A stretch of 25,227 nt of DNA from IMG/VR virus record IMGVR_UViG_2917587430_000001, positions 1 to 25,227 of that record; one strand, 5' to 3'. This document shows positions 16,275-24,713 of this stretch, piece by piece. Both the position numbers and the translations under genes were made by a program. Positions within the stretch are counted from its first letter, which is position 1; each line of letters starts with the position of its first letter. The notes beneath the pieces are model-generated. The model was not told where the DNA came from and did no database searches. It was given only the letters and a program-made list of their open reading frames with translations. The stretch comes from a virus.

Positions 16275-16913
16275 ATGCAAGCTCTTACTCCTGTTCAACA
16301 ACAGCTTTACGACTGGTTGGTTAGCTATTTTGAACAAAACCAATGCCCTCCAACGATTCGAGAAATGCAGGAGGCAATGGGGCTGAAATCTCCTGCTCCC
16401 ATCCAGAGCCGATTAGACGCATTGGAATTGAAGGGATATATTGAGCGGTCTAGTTATGGTCGTTCTCGCAACATTCGGCTTGTACAAGAGCGGATATCTG
16501 TACCAAAAGGCATTCCTATTCTGGGAGTAATAGCTGCTGGCGGGTTAGTTGAAACATTTGTTGATGGCGAAGTTGAACACGTTCCAGAAGCTTTTCTTGC
16601 AGCAAAAACGTCTAGTCATGAGAGGTCAAAGCATTTTGCTGTTCGTGTTCGAGGAGATAGCATGGTCGGCGCTTTAATTGCCTCTGGTGATGTAGTAATT
16701 TTGAAGCGACCTGATGATCCAAAAGCTATTAAGAACGGCACGATTGTGGCAGCAATGGTTAGAGGCAAAACAACGCTCAAATACTTGCAGCGCATAGACG
16801 AGAAGACTATCAGACTTGAACCTGCAAACTCTAGTTTTTTGCCTATAGATGTCAACGTTGAAGAAATAGACATCCAGGGAGTATATGTTGGAAGCGTGCG
16901 GAATTTAATTTAG
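16275..16913 (+). CDS. lexA: LexA-family repressor (S24 autopeptidase)
   Basis: Cyanobacterial LexA HTH (PPTIREMQEAMGLKSPAPIQSRL), cleavage loop IPILGVIAAG, catalytic VRGDSM and TTLK. Confidence 0.92.
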   Translation: MQALTPVQQQLYDWLVSYFEQNQCPPTIREMQEAMGLKSPAPIQSRLDALELKGYIERSSYGRSRNIRLVQERISVPKGIPILGVIAAGGLVETFVDGEVEHVPEAFLAAKTSSHERSKHFAVRVRGDSMVGALIASGDVVILKRPDDPKAIKNGTIVAAMVRGKTTLKYLQRIDEKTIRLEPANSSFLPIDVNVEEIDIQGVYVGSVRNLI

Positions 16914-16924
16914 TCCCACTTCTT

Positions 16925-16998
16925 CAACGCTAGTTGCTACAGAAGACACTCAGAAACACCATCTGAGAGTTCCCGCAAGCTGTGAGGATGATCAGCTT
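16925..16998 (-). repeat. 74-bp inverted repeat, copy B (GGGAACTCT on minus strand at 16966-16974; start codon GTG changed to GTA)
   Basis: Reverse complement reads AAGCTGATCATCCTCACAGCTTGCGGGAACTCTCAGATGGTGTTTCTGAGTGTCTTCTGTAGCAACTAGCGTTG. Confidence 0.92.
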
Positions 16999-17058
16999 TG
17001 GCACAGGCACAGCGGGTAATGACTGGCAGGGCATGTTTGGAGGGGTTACTGGCAGGCA

Positions 17059-17067
17059 GGGAACAGT
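17059..17067 (+). promoter_or_regulatory. GGGAACnnT motif upstream of Dit-like gene
   Basis: GGGAACAGT 33 bp before ATG 17092. Confidence 0.6.
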
Positions 17068-17091
17068 AACTCCAGAATTGGCAGGATTTAC

Positions 17092-17577
17092 ATGGTTAAC
17101 GAATTTGGCAGATCAATTACCCTGACGCTAGGCGACTTTGCCATTAAGCTAGGCGACTATAACTGCCGCTTTGTGGAAGGCACTTACCCTCGTGAGTACA
17201 TGGAATCGCCTGGGGTTAGTTTTAGTGCTTACGGTACTGCCGCGGGCGACGGAGCCAGCTACGAGTACACACATATCTGGAATTTGGCGCTGCTGTGTGA
17301 GCCAGATGTAGCTGACCAAATCTCCAGGATGTATAGCGCCTTCTTACTGGGCGGCAAGAGCAAGATTCGGTTGGTGGACGAAGTTGATCTGTATCACGAA
17401 CCTACCCCCCGAACCAGAGCGATCGCCCCAGGCACAGAGGAGAACATCAGCGGCGGCATGACCAGTTATTTTGCTCAGTTTGACGCTTGGTTTACGGCTC
17501 CACCTCGCAAAGTGCAGGTGAGGGGATGGATCAAAGTGGCACTACAACTGACGGAAATGGGCAAGGTCAGAGCTTAA
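17092..17577 (+). CDS. Phage tail protein, putative distal tail (Dit-like), 161 aa
   Basis: First structural gene after the tape measure. Size and beta-rich pattern ending KVALQLTEMG fit. The function call is positional. Confidence 0.55.
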   Translation: MVNEFGRSITLTLGDFAIKLGDYNCRFVEGTYPREYMESPGVSFSAYGTAAGDGASYEYTHIWNLALLCEPDVADQISRMYSAFLLGGKSKIRLVDEVDLYHEPTPRTRAIAPGTEENISGGMTSYFAQFDAWFTAPPRKVQVRGWIKVALQLTEMGKVRA

Positions 17578-17645
17578 TTGTGAGCTGATGCGGGTGAGTT
17601 TTGTAGTGAGCGGGTGTCTCGGAGCGATCGCCCCTTACTCAACAA

Positions 17646-17654
17646 GGGAACCTT
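17646..17654 (+). promoter_or_regulatory. GGGAACnnT motif upstream of large tail-tip gene
   Basis: GGGAACCTT 37 bp before TTG 17683, followed by hairpin CAGCAG...CTGCTG. Confidence 0.6.
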
Positions 17655-17682
17655 ACAGCAGTCTTAACCCTGCTGAATTGCT

Positions 17683-20600
17683 TTGTCTATCAACGTTTCC
17701 AGTCGCCGCTTTAAAGTTGTAATTATTGCTCCAGGCGAGTCTGAGAGCAACGGATTAGACGTGTCGCCGCTGCTAATTTCGTTTGACGGCGGTTACAACC
17801 CGTTGGACCAATCCGGGCTAATTAGTTTCTCTGGAAACCTGATCATGCAGGGGTTTCCTATTGGCAGCAATATTGACACCAATCCCCGAACCAACCGACA
17901 ACGATGGGCAAGGGGTAACAGGGTAGTGATCTGGCTAGCAAACCAATCAGGAGAACTGATCAAATACAAAACCCTGCACATCCTGAAAGAACCACTGCCA
18001 CCTTCCCCCCGAACCATACCTAATTTAGACATTCCAGTGGGAGATAAGATTGCGCTGCTGTCCTTTCGTCAGCCTCCGGGCGATGAGAGTGGAATCAAGA
18101 TCGGCAACAACACCAGCCGCGCTACGATTATTGATCGCTTGCTAGCTAAAGCCGGAGCTGGAACACTGCTGGGAACCGTGCCAGGGTCGCTGAGCTATCC
18201 ACCACAGAAACTTAGCAACGAGAGCTATCTTCAACAGGCTGGGAAGATAGCTTTTGCCGTGCAGCATTACCTCTGGTGTAATCGCAATGGGCAGGTGAGA
18301 GCATCTAGAATCACTTTGGATCTGCCTTCCTTCACTTCACTTCAAATTGGTAGGGATAACGGCTCAGAGTTAATTTACGAGCCATTGGAAGGGCAGGAGA
18401 CACCTGCTGAAATTGTGCGCTGCGTCGGAACTGGATATAAAGTTCAGAAGACTTCAGAAGATGACGAAGAGAGCTTTCAATTTAATGAGGAGTTTGGTCC
18501 GGCAGTTGTTGTAGATCCAGAAGTTGGCGGAATTGCAGTTCTACTGCAAGAGACTATTCGTGAGTCTTGGAAACGCAATCAGCGAACAGTTCTAACTACT
18601 CGATATGAACCTGTTGGTCTGTTATTTCCAGAGCAGGAAACAGGTCGTCTCAGCTTATATCTCTCGTCTGTCACGCTCGAAAAATATATTTACGAAACAG
18701 GACGGGAAGGGAAGTTGTCACGGATTGTGTCAACTGTTGAACGTCCTTTTGGTGTCGTTGCCAGGGAGTATGTTGCAAACCTACCAATAGACCAGCAAAA
18801 CGTTAAGTTTGCGGTGATTGAAGCCGAGGGCAACGAGGTCACCTATGACTACGAGAATGAGGTGACACAGGCGATCACAACCACTACTCAGGAAACTTGC
18901 GCTGGAATTATTCCAACGGAAGAGTGGACTAACCCGCTGTCCCTGGTCAACTCCAAATTGGAGCGAGAAACCTGGAAGCAGTTGAATGAGCGCGAGTGGC
19001 AGTACAAAAAACTAACTTATGAATCGGTTGGAAGAGCATTTCCTGAAGTCCTCACAATATTTCAAAATAACGATTTTGAAGCACCTGTTGAATCCAAGAT
19101 TGGGTTAGTTCAAACGGGCAAAACTTCTCAAAACAGCAACTCAGGACAAACCCAGCCGCCAGCTCCAGACCGACGTAAGCCTACTCACAGTGTTGAGGAA
19201 CTTCAGTTAGAAGGTGAGGCAAAGTTTGAGCCTTATGCTGGGTCGGAATATCAGGAGCGGGAGCGGCAATACGATATTCCCTATTGCGGTTCATCTGCGG
19301 ATTTGGAGGATATTGCTCAACTGTTAGGAAGGATATTGATTGGCAGAAGACTAGGGCAAATGTGGCAAATTGAGCCAACTGACCAATGGCTCAATGACCC
19401 AGAACCATTGCTCAGAGTTGACTTCACAGAACCCAATAATGCTAAGCAATCTTTTTTGGCAAATGGGATGGCGATCGCCTTCAACCAACGCCAAATGTAC
19501 GTTGGGGCATCCGGAATTTGGCTAGGCACAATCAGGAAAGGACTTTTCCCGGCAGGGGCAGTGATTCAGCCAGGGCAAACGCTGATTGAAGATAATCCAG
19601 ATGCTTCTGAAAACCCAGATCGTCCAGCCATTCCCGTGAAGGAAGTCGAGTACATCGAACCACCCTATTATCCTGTGCTGCGGATCAATGGTGCGTCTGG
19701 TTCGGGGGGTAGCATTAAAGCTTATCCCTACCCGCTAGATATTGCGCCTGCAAGCATTCAGGGTGCATCTGGTTCGGGGGGAGACATTAAACCACTGTTG
19801 CCAATTCTGCGGCTAGATGGTGCGGCTGGGTCAAGTGGCAGCATTGAGCCTGTGCTGTTGCTGTTTGGTGCATCGGGTGCATGTGGAGAGATCACCCCAG
19901 TTGCTTCAAGCATTGTTAACGGAGACCTAACCCGTTACCTACTCAGCGATTCAGGCGTTGTGATTAATAACAACGAAAATGCAATCGAGAACAGAATTTT
20001 GACTTGGCAGGATCAATCACCCTTAACAACTGCGGTTGTTGGCTCCGAATTTGGAGACTTCAACCCTGAATACGCTTTAGGTAAGCTCAACGGCAAGCCC
20101 GCCATTAGGTTCTATGGAGACTACTCTGGTGAGACCCTAGAAGATAGAGATGACAGGCGTTTGCCAGCTTTCGTCTCCCCCTCAAGCTTTGCTGCCTTTG
20201 TAGTAGTTCAAATGACAGATGCTTACTATGAAGAGTTTGTTAGCCAGTCCGACTCAATTGTTTCTGCTGACGCAGCTTGGGGTATCTTCGCTCGAACTTC
20301 AATTGAGGGAGACCTTGAGGTAATTGGCGCTCACGCAACTCAGAACGGGAACAACTGGGTAGCTGTCGCTGCAAAAATCAACTACAACACTCCAATTGTT
20401 GTTTGCTACTGGCAGGAAGCAGGCACCGCTTACCTGCAAGTCAATGACGGAGCAATTATCTCTGTCCCTGCCTCAGACATTTCAGCCTCCAATTCCTTGA
20501 CAAACTATCGGCTAGACATTGGCAACCGATTTGGCAACGCCTTCAACGGGTATCTGGGAGCCGTACTAACTTACAAACTGTCACTATCCGAAGCTGCGAG

Positions 20601-21348
20601 AGTAGCAGTCAGAGATGAACTAATTAACCTATATTCAATTGAAGATCCTGGTTCTCTAGCCTGCTACTTCATCAGCACACTGGGCGTTGAAGCTGACCTG
20701 AACGGCAGATTAGTGAGATGGAGTAACCAAGGTGGAACTGTTAACCCGTTGGTTTCTGTAGACCAATACGGCACACCGCAGGACGCAACTTCTATTCCGC
20801 TGGTGGTTGGCAATGCCCTTAACGGTCAGCCTGCACTCCGATTCAGCAATGCGGACGAGTACAGCGACTACCTTTACAGCGATCGCCTTGCCAATTTTAT
20901 TGCAGCCGACCAATTCTGTAGCTTCCTCGTAATCAGCGTGGATTCTATTGATGGCTACGGGGACATGGGAAACAGTAACTCCTACCCAGTTGATGCTTTT
21001 TATTGGCGCATAGAGGTTCAATACAACTACGAAATCGAAAGTTATGAGATTCAAGGGTATTACCAAGCATCTGACAACTCAGAGGTTCTTGTTTCTGTCC
21101 CAGTCGCTTCTGACACAGCCATCCTAGTGTCCTTCTGGCAGGAAGCAGGCACCGCTTACCTGCAAGTCAATGATGGGGCGATCGCCTCTACTCCCGCCAA
21201 AACAATACTCAGCCGACAACAACAGTTGACATTTGGTTTAGGCTTCTTTGGCAACCTGGGAGCATTTGTCTGCCACCGAACCTCCTTATCAAGCGTTGAG
21301 CGGGAAGCAATCAGATCTGACCTTAACCAAGTCTTTAGTTGCTACTAG
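17683..21348 (+). CDS. Tail tip/hub protein with two C-terminal LamG/ConA-like domains (putative receptor binding), 1221 aa
   Basis: Follows the Dit-like gene. Hub-like N-half, four GASGSGG-type linker repeats, then two paralogous domains (W.DQ/NQ...LNG.PA.RF...WQEAGTAYLQVNDGAI...F.G.LGA...LS..ER..R..L). Confidence 0.7.
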   Translation: MSINVSSRRFKVVIIAPGESESNGLDVSPLLISFDGGYNPLDQSGLISFSGNLIMQGFPIGSNIDTNPRTNRQRWARGNRVVIWLANQSGELIKYKTLHILKEPLPPSPRTIPNLDIPVGDKIALLSFRQPPGDESGIKIGNNTSRATIIDRLLAKAGAGTLLGTVPGSLSYPPQKLSNESYLQQAGKIAFAVQHYLWCNRNGQVRASRITLDLPSFTSLQIGRDNGSELIYEPLEGQETPAEIVRCVGTGYKVQKTSEDDEESFQFNEEFGPAVVVDPEVGGIAVLLQETIRESWKRNQRTVLTTRYEPVGLLFPEQETGRLSLYLSSVTLEKYIYETGREGKLSRIVSTVERPFGVVAREYVANLPIDQQNVKFAVIEAEGNEVTYDYENEVTQAITTTTQETCAGIIPTEEWTNPLSLVNSKLERETWKQLNEREWQYKKLTYESVGRAFPEVLTIFQNNDFEAPVESKIGLVQTGKTSQNSNSGQTQPPAPDRRKPTHSVEELQLEGEAKFEPYAGSEYQERERQYDIPYCGSSADLEDIAQLLGRILIGRRLGQMWQIEPTDQWLNDPEPLLRVDFTEPNNAKQSFLANGMAIAFNQRQMYVGASGIWLGTIRKGLFPAGAVIQPGQTLIEDNPDASENPDRPAIPVKEVEYIEPPYYPVLRINGASGSGGSIKAYPYPLDIAPASIQGASGSGGDIKPLLPILRLDGAAGSSGSIEPVLLLFGASGACGEITPVASSIVNGDLTRYLLSDSGVVINNNENAIENRILTWQDQSPLTTAVVGSEFGDFNPEYALGKLNGKPAIRFYGDYSGETLEDRDDRRLPAFVSPSSFAAFVVVQMTDAYYEEFVSQSDSIVSADAAWGIFARTSIEGDLEVIGAHATQNGNNWVAVAAKINYNTPIVVCYWQEAGTAYLQVNDGAIISVPASDISASNSLTNYRLDIGNRFGNAFNGYLGAVLTYKLSLSEAARVAVRDELINLYSIEDPGSLACYFISTLGVEADLNGRLVRWSNQGGTVNPLVSVDQYGTPQDATSIPLVVGNALNGQPALRFSNADEYSDYLYSDRLANFIAADQFCSFLVISVDSIDGYGDMGNSNSYPVDAFYWRIEVQYNYEIESYEIQGYYQASDNSEVLVSVPVASDTAILVSFWQEAGTAYLQVNDGAIASTPAKTILSRQQQLTFGLGFFGNLGAFVCHRTSLSSVEREAIRSDLNQVFSCY
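20409..21173 (+). repeat. Perfect 39-bp direct repeat (20409-20447 and 21135-21173)
   Basis: CTGGCAGGAAGCAGGCACCGCTTACCTGCAAGTCAATGA occurs twice, 726 bp apart. Confidence 0.92.
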
Positions 21349-21358
21349 GGCTACTAGA

Positions 21359-21367
21359 GGGAACTTT
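21359..21367 (+). promoter_or_regulatory. GGGAACnnT motif
   Basis: GGGAACTTT 33 bp before in-frame GTG 21392, followed by hairpin CCAGA-TTT-TCTGG. Confidence 0.6.
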
Positions 21368-21391
21368 ACGCCAGATTTTCTGGATAATGCT

Positions 21392-22084
21392 GTGGCTAAT
21401 TGGAACGAACACGTAATCTGGACGGGGAGGCGGGCAGAGGTAGACGTGCGAGGTGCAACGCCTCCAGATCCCTCAAAGTTCCGCTTGTTGCTGTGCAATG
21501 GAATCACAGTGACTTCGGAGACGAACAAAGCGGCGATCGCCTCGGCTGAGTTACTCCAGCAGAATGGCTATTCGCGCAAGAGCTACCAGCCTGCAAAAGG
21601 CAGCTACGACACTACGCAAAAGCGTTATGAGTTTCCGGTGGTGAGGGTGGATTACACTGCCGCTGGAGTGTCGCTGCAGTGGAGTGCTGCGGTGCTGTGG
21701 GCAGATTCCACAGCTCAAAGCTCTAAGCTGGTTGAATCGATTAATACTGCAACCGATCGCCTCACTATTACCGCACACGGACTGCTTAGCGGCAACGAGG
21801 TGGCAATTACCTCGACGAGCGGCTTGCCTTCGGGCGCTGTGGCAAACGTCATTTATTACGTCAAAGCCATTGATGTCAATACCGTTGAGCTTTACACCGA
21901 ACCAGAGCTGCTCAACATTGTGAATTTTGTTAATACTGGTTCGGGCTCAATCCATCTGCGCTTGTGTGGCGGCAATCCTGTGTTTTTTGCAAACTTTCAG
22001 ACTCAGCTAATTGGGCAGGATGCAACCTACCCAATTGAGATTAATTGGGCCTACGTTAGCCCTGGCAATGTGAACGGTGTCTGA
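21392..22084 (+). CDS. Phage tail fibre/tip-associated structural protein, ~230 aa
   Basis: Start moved to GTG 21392 (no overlap, follows promoter motif). Contains DRLTITAHGLLSGNEV...GLPSG...YYVKAIDVNTVELY, a beta module common in phage structural proteins. Confidence 0.65.
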   Translation: MANWNEHVIWTGRRAEVDVRGATPPDPSKFRLLLCNGITVTSETNKAAIASAELLQQNGYSRKSYQPAKGSYDTTQKRYEFPVVRVDYTAAGVSLQWSAAVLWADSTAQSSKLVESINTATDRLTITAHGLLSGNEVAITSTSGLPSGAVANVIYYVKAIDVNTVELYTEPELLNIVNFVNTGSGSIHLRLCGGNPVFFANFQTQLIGQDATYPIEINWAYVSPGNVNGV

Positions 22085-23516
22085 TGACTTGCAAGATCTT
22101 TTGAGAAGCAGGCAGGCGAAGCAGAATGCCAGCCTGAATGAATCTGTGCTGCAAGAGCAGCTAAATGCTGACCGAATGCCTCGCCCAATGGTAAGCCAGG
22201 GCTTTGATGCAGATTCTGGAACGGCATTGGTGCAGCCGCTAGGTGGTGAGGTGCTAACTGCTAGGACTATCACCAGTGGGGCGATCGCCACTGGCAGCAC
22301 AGTTGTTGGCAGACAATCAGGGCAGATCCTTAGAGTCGATCAGATGCCTTCTCAGCGTGGCTCTGAGGAACAATTCCGGACGCAAACTGTTACCGCAATT
22401 CCAGTGCTGTTTCTGGTTGATATTGGGAATAGCGTTGAGTATTGGGTAGGAGGCGATCGCTCTACTCCAATCAAGGTTGCAACAATTCCAAAATATGGTC
22501 CTGAGTTTGAACTGAGCGGTTCCTTTTCAGGGAGCCTGGCTAGAAGTGGTCAAACTGAAGGAACTTTGTCTTTAGCAACTGAAGGAATGTTCTATCAAAA
22601 CGTTCAAGCTTTCGGTCAAGCAGGGGGATCGTCAGTTACCGGAAACGTAACTTATCCTAGCAACCAGCCATTTATACCCAACGGAAATCTATTTGGGTCA
22701 CTGGGTTTTGGGCAGACATTTGCGGTAGGGCGATTTCAATTTTTTGTTCCATCAGGAGCTGGGGACGGCTTTAACAAGACAAATCTTCCCGGGACTTTTG
22801 CCGTGCCACCTACTGTTAATTTCACTCCAGGTCAATCTTTTCCACTTTCAAACACCGATTCGGTTAGTGAAGGTAGGAACGACATTAGCGAAGCTGGTAT
22901 CAATTACGAGCGGCCAGCCCAAATTCATTATCAAGCAAGCATCAGTGGGCGTGGATTTGCGACTGATGATGATCGGGTTTATAGAGCTGATTTCAGCGGC
23001 AGTGGCGGTGGCTCTCTAAGGGCTACTGCAAGGGAAGTTTATAGCCGCCGAGTCTACATGAGCGCTGCTGGGCGAAATGTTTATGTCACTATCGCCTATG
23101 ACCTGAAAGCAGCAGGCTATGCAAACTTATTGATGTTTGCAATATTGGGCGATCGCGTGGTTGAACTGGGTCAACCTACACGTCAAGATTGGCGGCGATC
23201 GCTTGCTGTGCTTGACTACAAGCCACCTTCCACCGGAGATATTTGTATTGATCAACTGAGAGAAAACGGCAAGGTTAACTTGCTTCAGCGAACCAGGCTA
23301 GAGGCTGACTTTACCGAGGTCGAAGGGGACTTGAAGACTACAGACTTGATGGTCCCAATTCTTCGACAAACAATTACTCCAGGAGGCGATCGCTGTCAGG
23401 TTACGCCTATTCCACCTCAAACCATCCCTCCAGTCAAACTCTACTCGTTGCAAAACAGTGCAGCCGTACCGCTTTACATTTGCCCTACACAGTATCAAAG
23501 GCGGGTTGAACGATGA
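22077..23516 (+). CDS. Phage tail tip protein with N-terminal OB-fold-like segment and Gly/Ser-rich beta region, 479 aa
   Basis: Overlaps the upstream stop. N-terminal GFDADSGTALVQPLGG..ARTITSGAIA is shared with the next gene. Confidence 0.65.
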   Translation: MSDDLQDLLRSRQAKQNASLNESVLQEQLNADRMPRPMVSQGFDADSGTALVQPLGGEVLTARTITSGAIATGSTVVGRQSGQILRVDQMPSQRGSEEQFRTQTVTAIPVLFLVDIGNSVEYWVGGDRSTPIKVATIPKYGPEFELSGSFSGSLARSGQTEGTLSLATEGMFYQNVQAFGQAGGSSVTGNVTYPSNQPFIPNGNLFGSLGFGQTFAVGRFQFFVPSGAGDGFNKTNLPGTFAVPPTVNFTPGQSFPLSNTDSVSEGRNDISEAGINYERPAQIHYQASISGRGFATDDDRVYRADFSGSGGGSLRATAREVYSRRVYMSAAGRNVYVTIAYDLKAAGYANLLMFAILGDRVVELGQPTRQDWRRSLAVLDYKPPSTGDICIDQLRENGKVNLLQRTRLEADFTEVEGDLKTTDLMVPILRQTITPGGDRCQVTPIPPQTIPPVKLYSLQNSAAVPLYICPTQYQRRVER

Positions 23517-23803
23517 GGGAGTTGAACGGTAGACAGCTATTGCAACAGCGGTTGAGTAGGCTCAATTCGGCTTATTACTCTAGGGTTCAAGCTGGGGAAA
23601 ATTCTAGTGACTCTCAATCAGTGTTGAGTGGCATTTGCACTGGCTATGACGCAGATTCAAGTTCAGTTTTGGTGACACTGCCGGGAGGCAACACCATTTC
23701 GGCGCGGCTGATTACGAGTGGAGCGATCGCCATTGGTACTCAGATGCAGATATTCATCACTAAAGGCAGTTCGATCGCCCACGCCGATGAAATGCCGAGC
23801 TAA
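23513..23803 (+). CDS. Small paralog of the N-terminus of the preceding gene, 96 aa
   Basis: ATGA overlap. GYDADSSSVLVTLPGG..ARLITSGAIAIG...DEMPS. Confidence 0.75.
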   Translation: MRELNGRQLLQQRLSRLNSAYYSRVQAGENSSDSQSVLSGICTGYDADSSSVLVTLPGGNTISARLITSGAIAIGTQMQIFITKGSSIAHADEMPS

Positions 23804-23811
23804 CTTGTCGT

Positions 23812-23820
23812 GGGAACAAC
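23812..23820 (+). promoter_or_regulatory. GGGAAC motif upstream of scaffold gene
   Basis: GGGAACAAC 38 bp before ATG 23850. Lacks the final T of the consensus. Confidence 0.55.
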
Positions 23821-23849
23821 AGGGCAACCTCTTTACGGCGGGATGCCCA

Positions 23850-24650
23850 ATGAAGTACAAATTCAAAAATCCTCTAATTCCTGGTTTGGCTCAAGTTCAC
23901 TTCTCCCTAGCTCCAGAAGGCACAGGTGACGGTGACGCAGGCGGCACTGGCGGCACAGGTGACAGTTCGGGGGGTGATAACAACGGTGGCACTGGCGGCA
24001 GCGGTGGTGAGGATGTCACTGGATTAAAGAATGCTTTGGCAGGTGAACGCAAACGGGCCGGTGATCTGGAGAAGCAGTTTAAACAGCTTCAAGAGTCAGT
24101 GAAGGGTATTGACCCAGAGAAATATAAGCAATTTGAGACGTTGCAAGCTGAAGCAGAGAAGTGGAATCAGCGGGAAGTTGAGATTCGCACTGGGCTTGAG
24201 ACTGAGTGGACAAAGAAGGTTGAAGCTGAGCAAACCAAGTCCAAAGGTTTTGAGACGCAGTATCTAGACCTGCTGAAGCGCACCGAGGCAGAGAAGGCGT
24301 ATCAGGCAGTTAAAGGGCGCGTAGGCGCTGGGGAAGACGGAATCACCTTCTTCGATAGTTTCTTGGCAGTTGCAGGCATTTCATTGCGCCTTAATGGCAA
24401 ACAGTTAGAAGTCATCGACGCGAATGGTACACGACGCTTTAGCGCCAAAGATGCAACCAAACCAATGAGTGCGGTTGAGTACTTCGAGACTCTAACGAAG
24501 CACCCTGTTTTAGGACATTACTTCGAGCGCCAAAACGATTCACGCGGTGGTGGAATGCAGCAAAGCCATAACCTCGGCAACCTCAGCCAACAGGACTTGA
24601 GCAAGTTGCCCAGAGCTGAGCGTTTGGCTGCGGCAAGACGGGCGGCGTAG
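23850..24650 (+). CDS. Capsid scaffolding protein, ~266 aa
   Basis: Start moved to ATG 23850. Gly/Asp-rich N-linker, EDVTGLKNAL..ER coiled coil, GIDPEK, GGG linker and C-terminal LSKLPRAERLAAARR. Directly upstream of the capsid gene. Confidence 0.82.
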   Translation: MKYKFKNPLIPGLAQVHFSLAPEGTGDGDAGGTGGTGDSSGGDNNGGTGGSGGEDVTGLKNALAGERKRAGDLEKQFKQLQESVKGIDPEKYKQFETLQAEAEKWNQREVEIRTGLETEWTKKVEAEQTKSKGFETQYLDLLKRTEAEKAYQAVKGRVGAGEDGITFFDSFLAVAGISLRLNGKQLEVIDANGTRRFSAKDATKPMSAVEYFETLTKHPVLGHYFERQNDSRGGGMQQSHNLGNLSQQDLSKLPRAERLAAARRAA

Positions 24651-24678
24651 GGATGAGGGCTGGATTAACCCTTCATCC
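24651..24678 (+). terminator. Hairpin directly after scaffold stop
   Basis: GGATGAGGG...CCTTCATCC stem with one G-U pair. Weak U-tract. Confidence 0.45.
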
Positions 24679-24693
24679 TCCTTCATTTCGCGT

Positions 24694-24702
24694 GGGAACT
24701 TT
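24694..24702 (+). promoter_or_regulatory. GGGAACnnT motif upstream of capsid gene
   Basis: CGTGGGAACTTT, 123 bp before ATG 24817. Confidence 0.65.
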
Positions 24703-24713
24703 ACGGCAGAAAA

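Noticed and set aside
5076-20356. Intragenic GGGAAC hexamers (about 5076, 7374, 18171, 20348)
   Set aside because: Inside coding regions and not positioned before a start. Compatible with chance.
20409-21173. Diversity-generating retroelement TR/VR pair
   Set aside because: The repeat is only 39 bp with no adenine-specific mismatches, and there is no reverse transcriptase in the window.
384-23803. Contractile injection system or tailocin
   Set aside because: No sheath or baseplate wedge genes were recognised, and scaffold and capsid genes follow directly.
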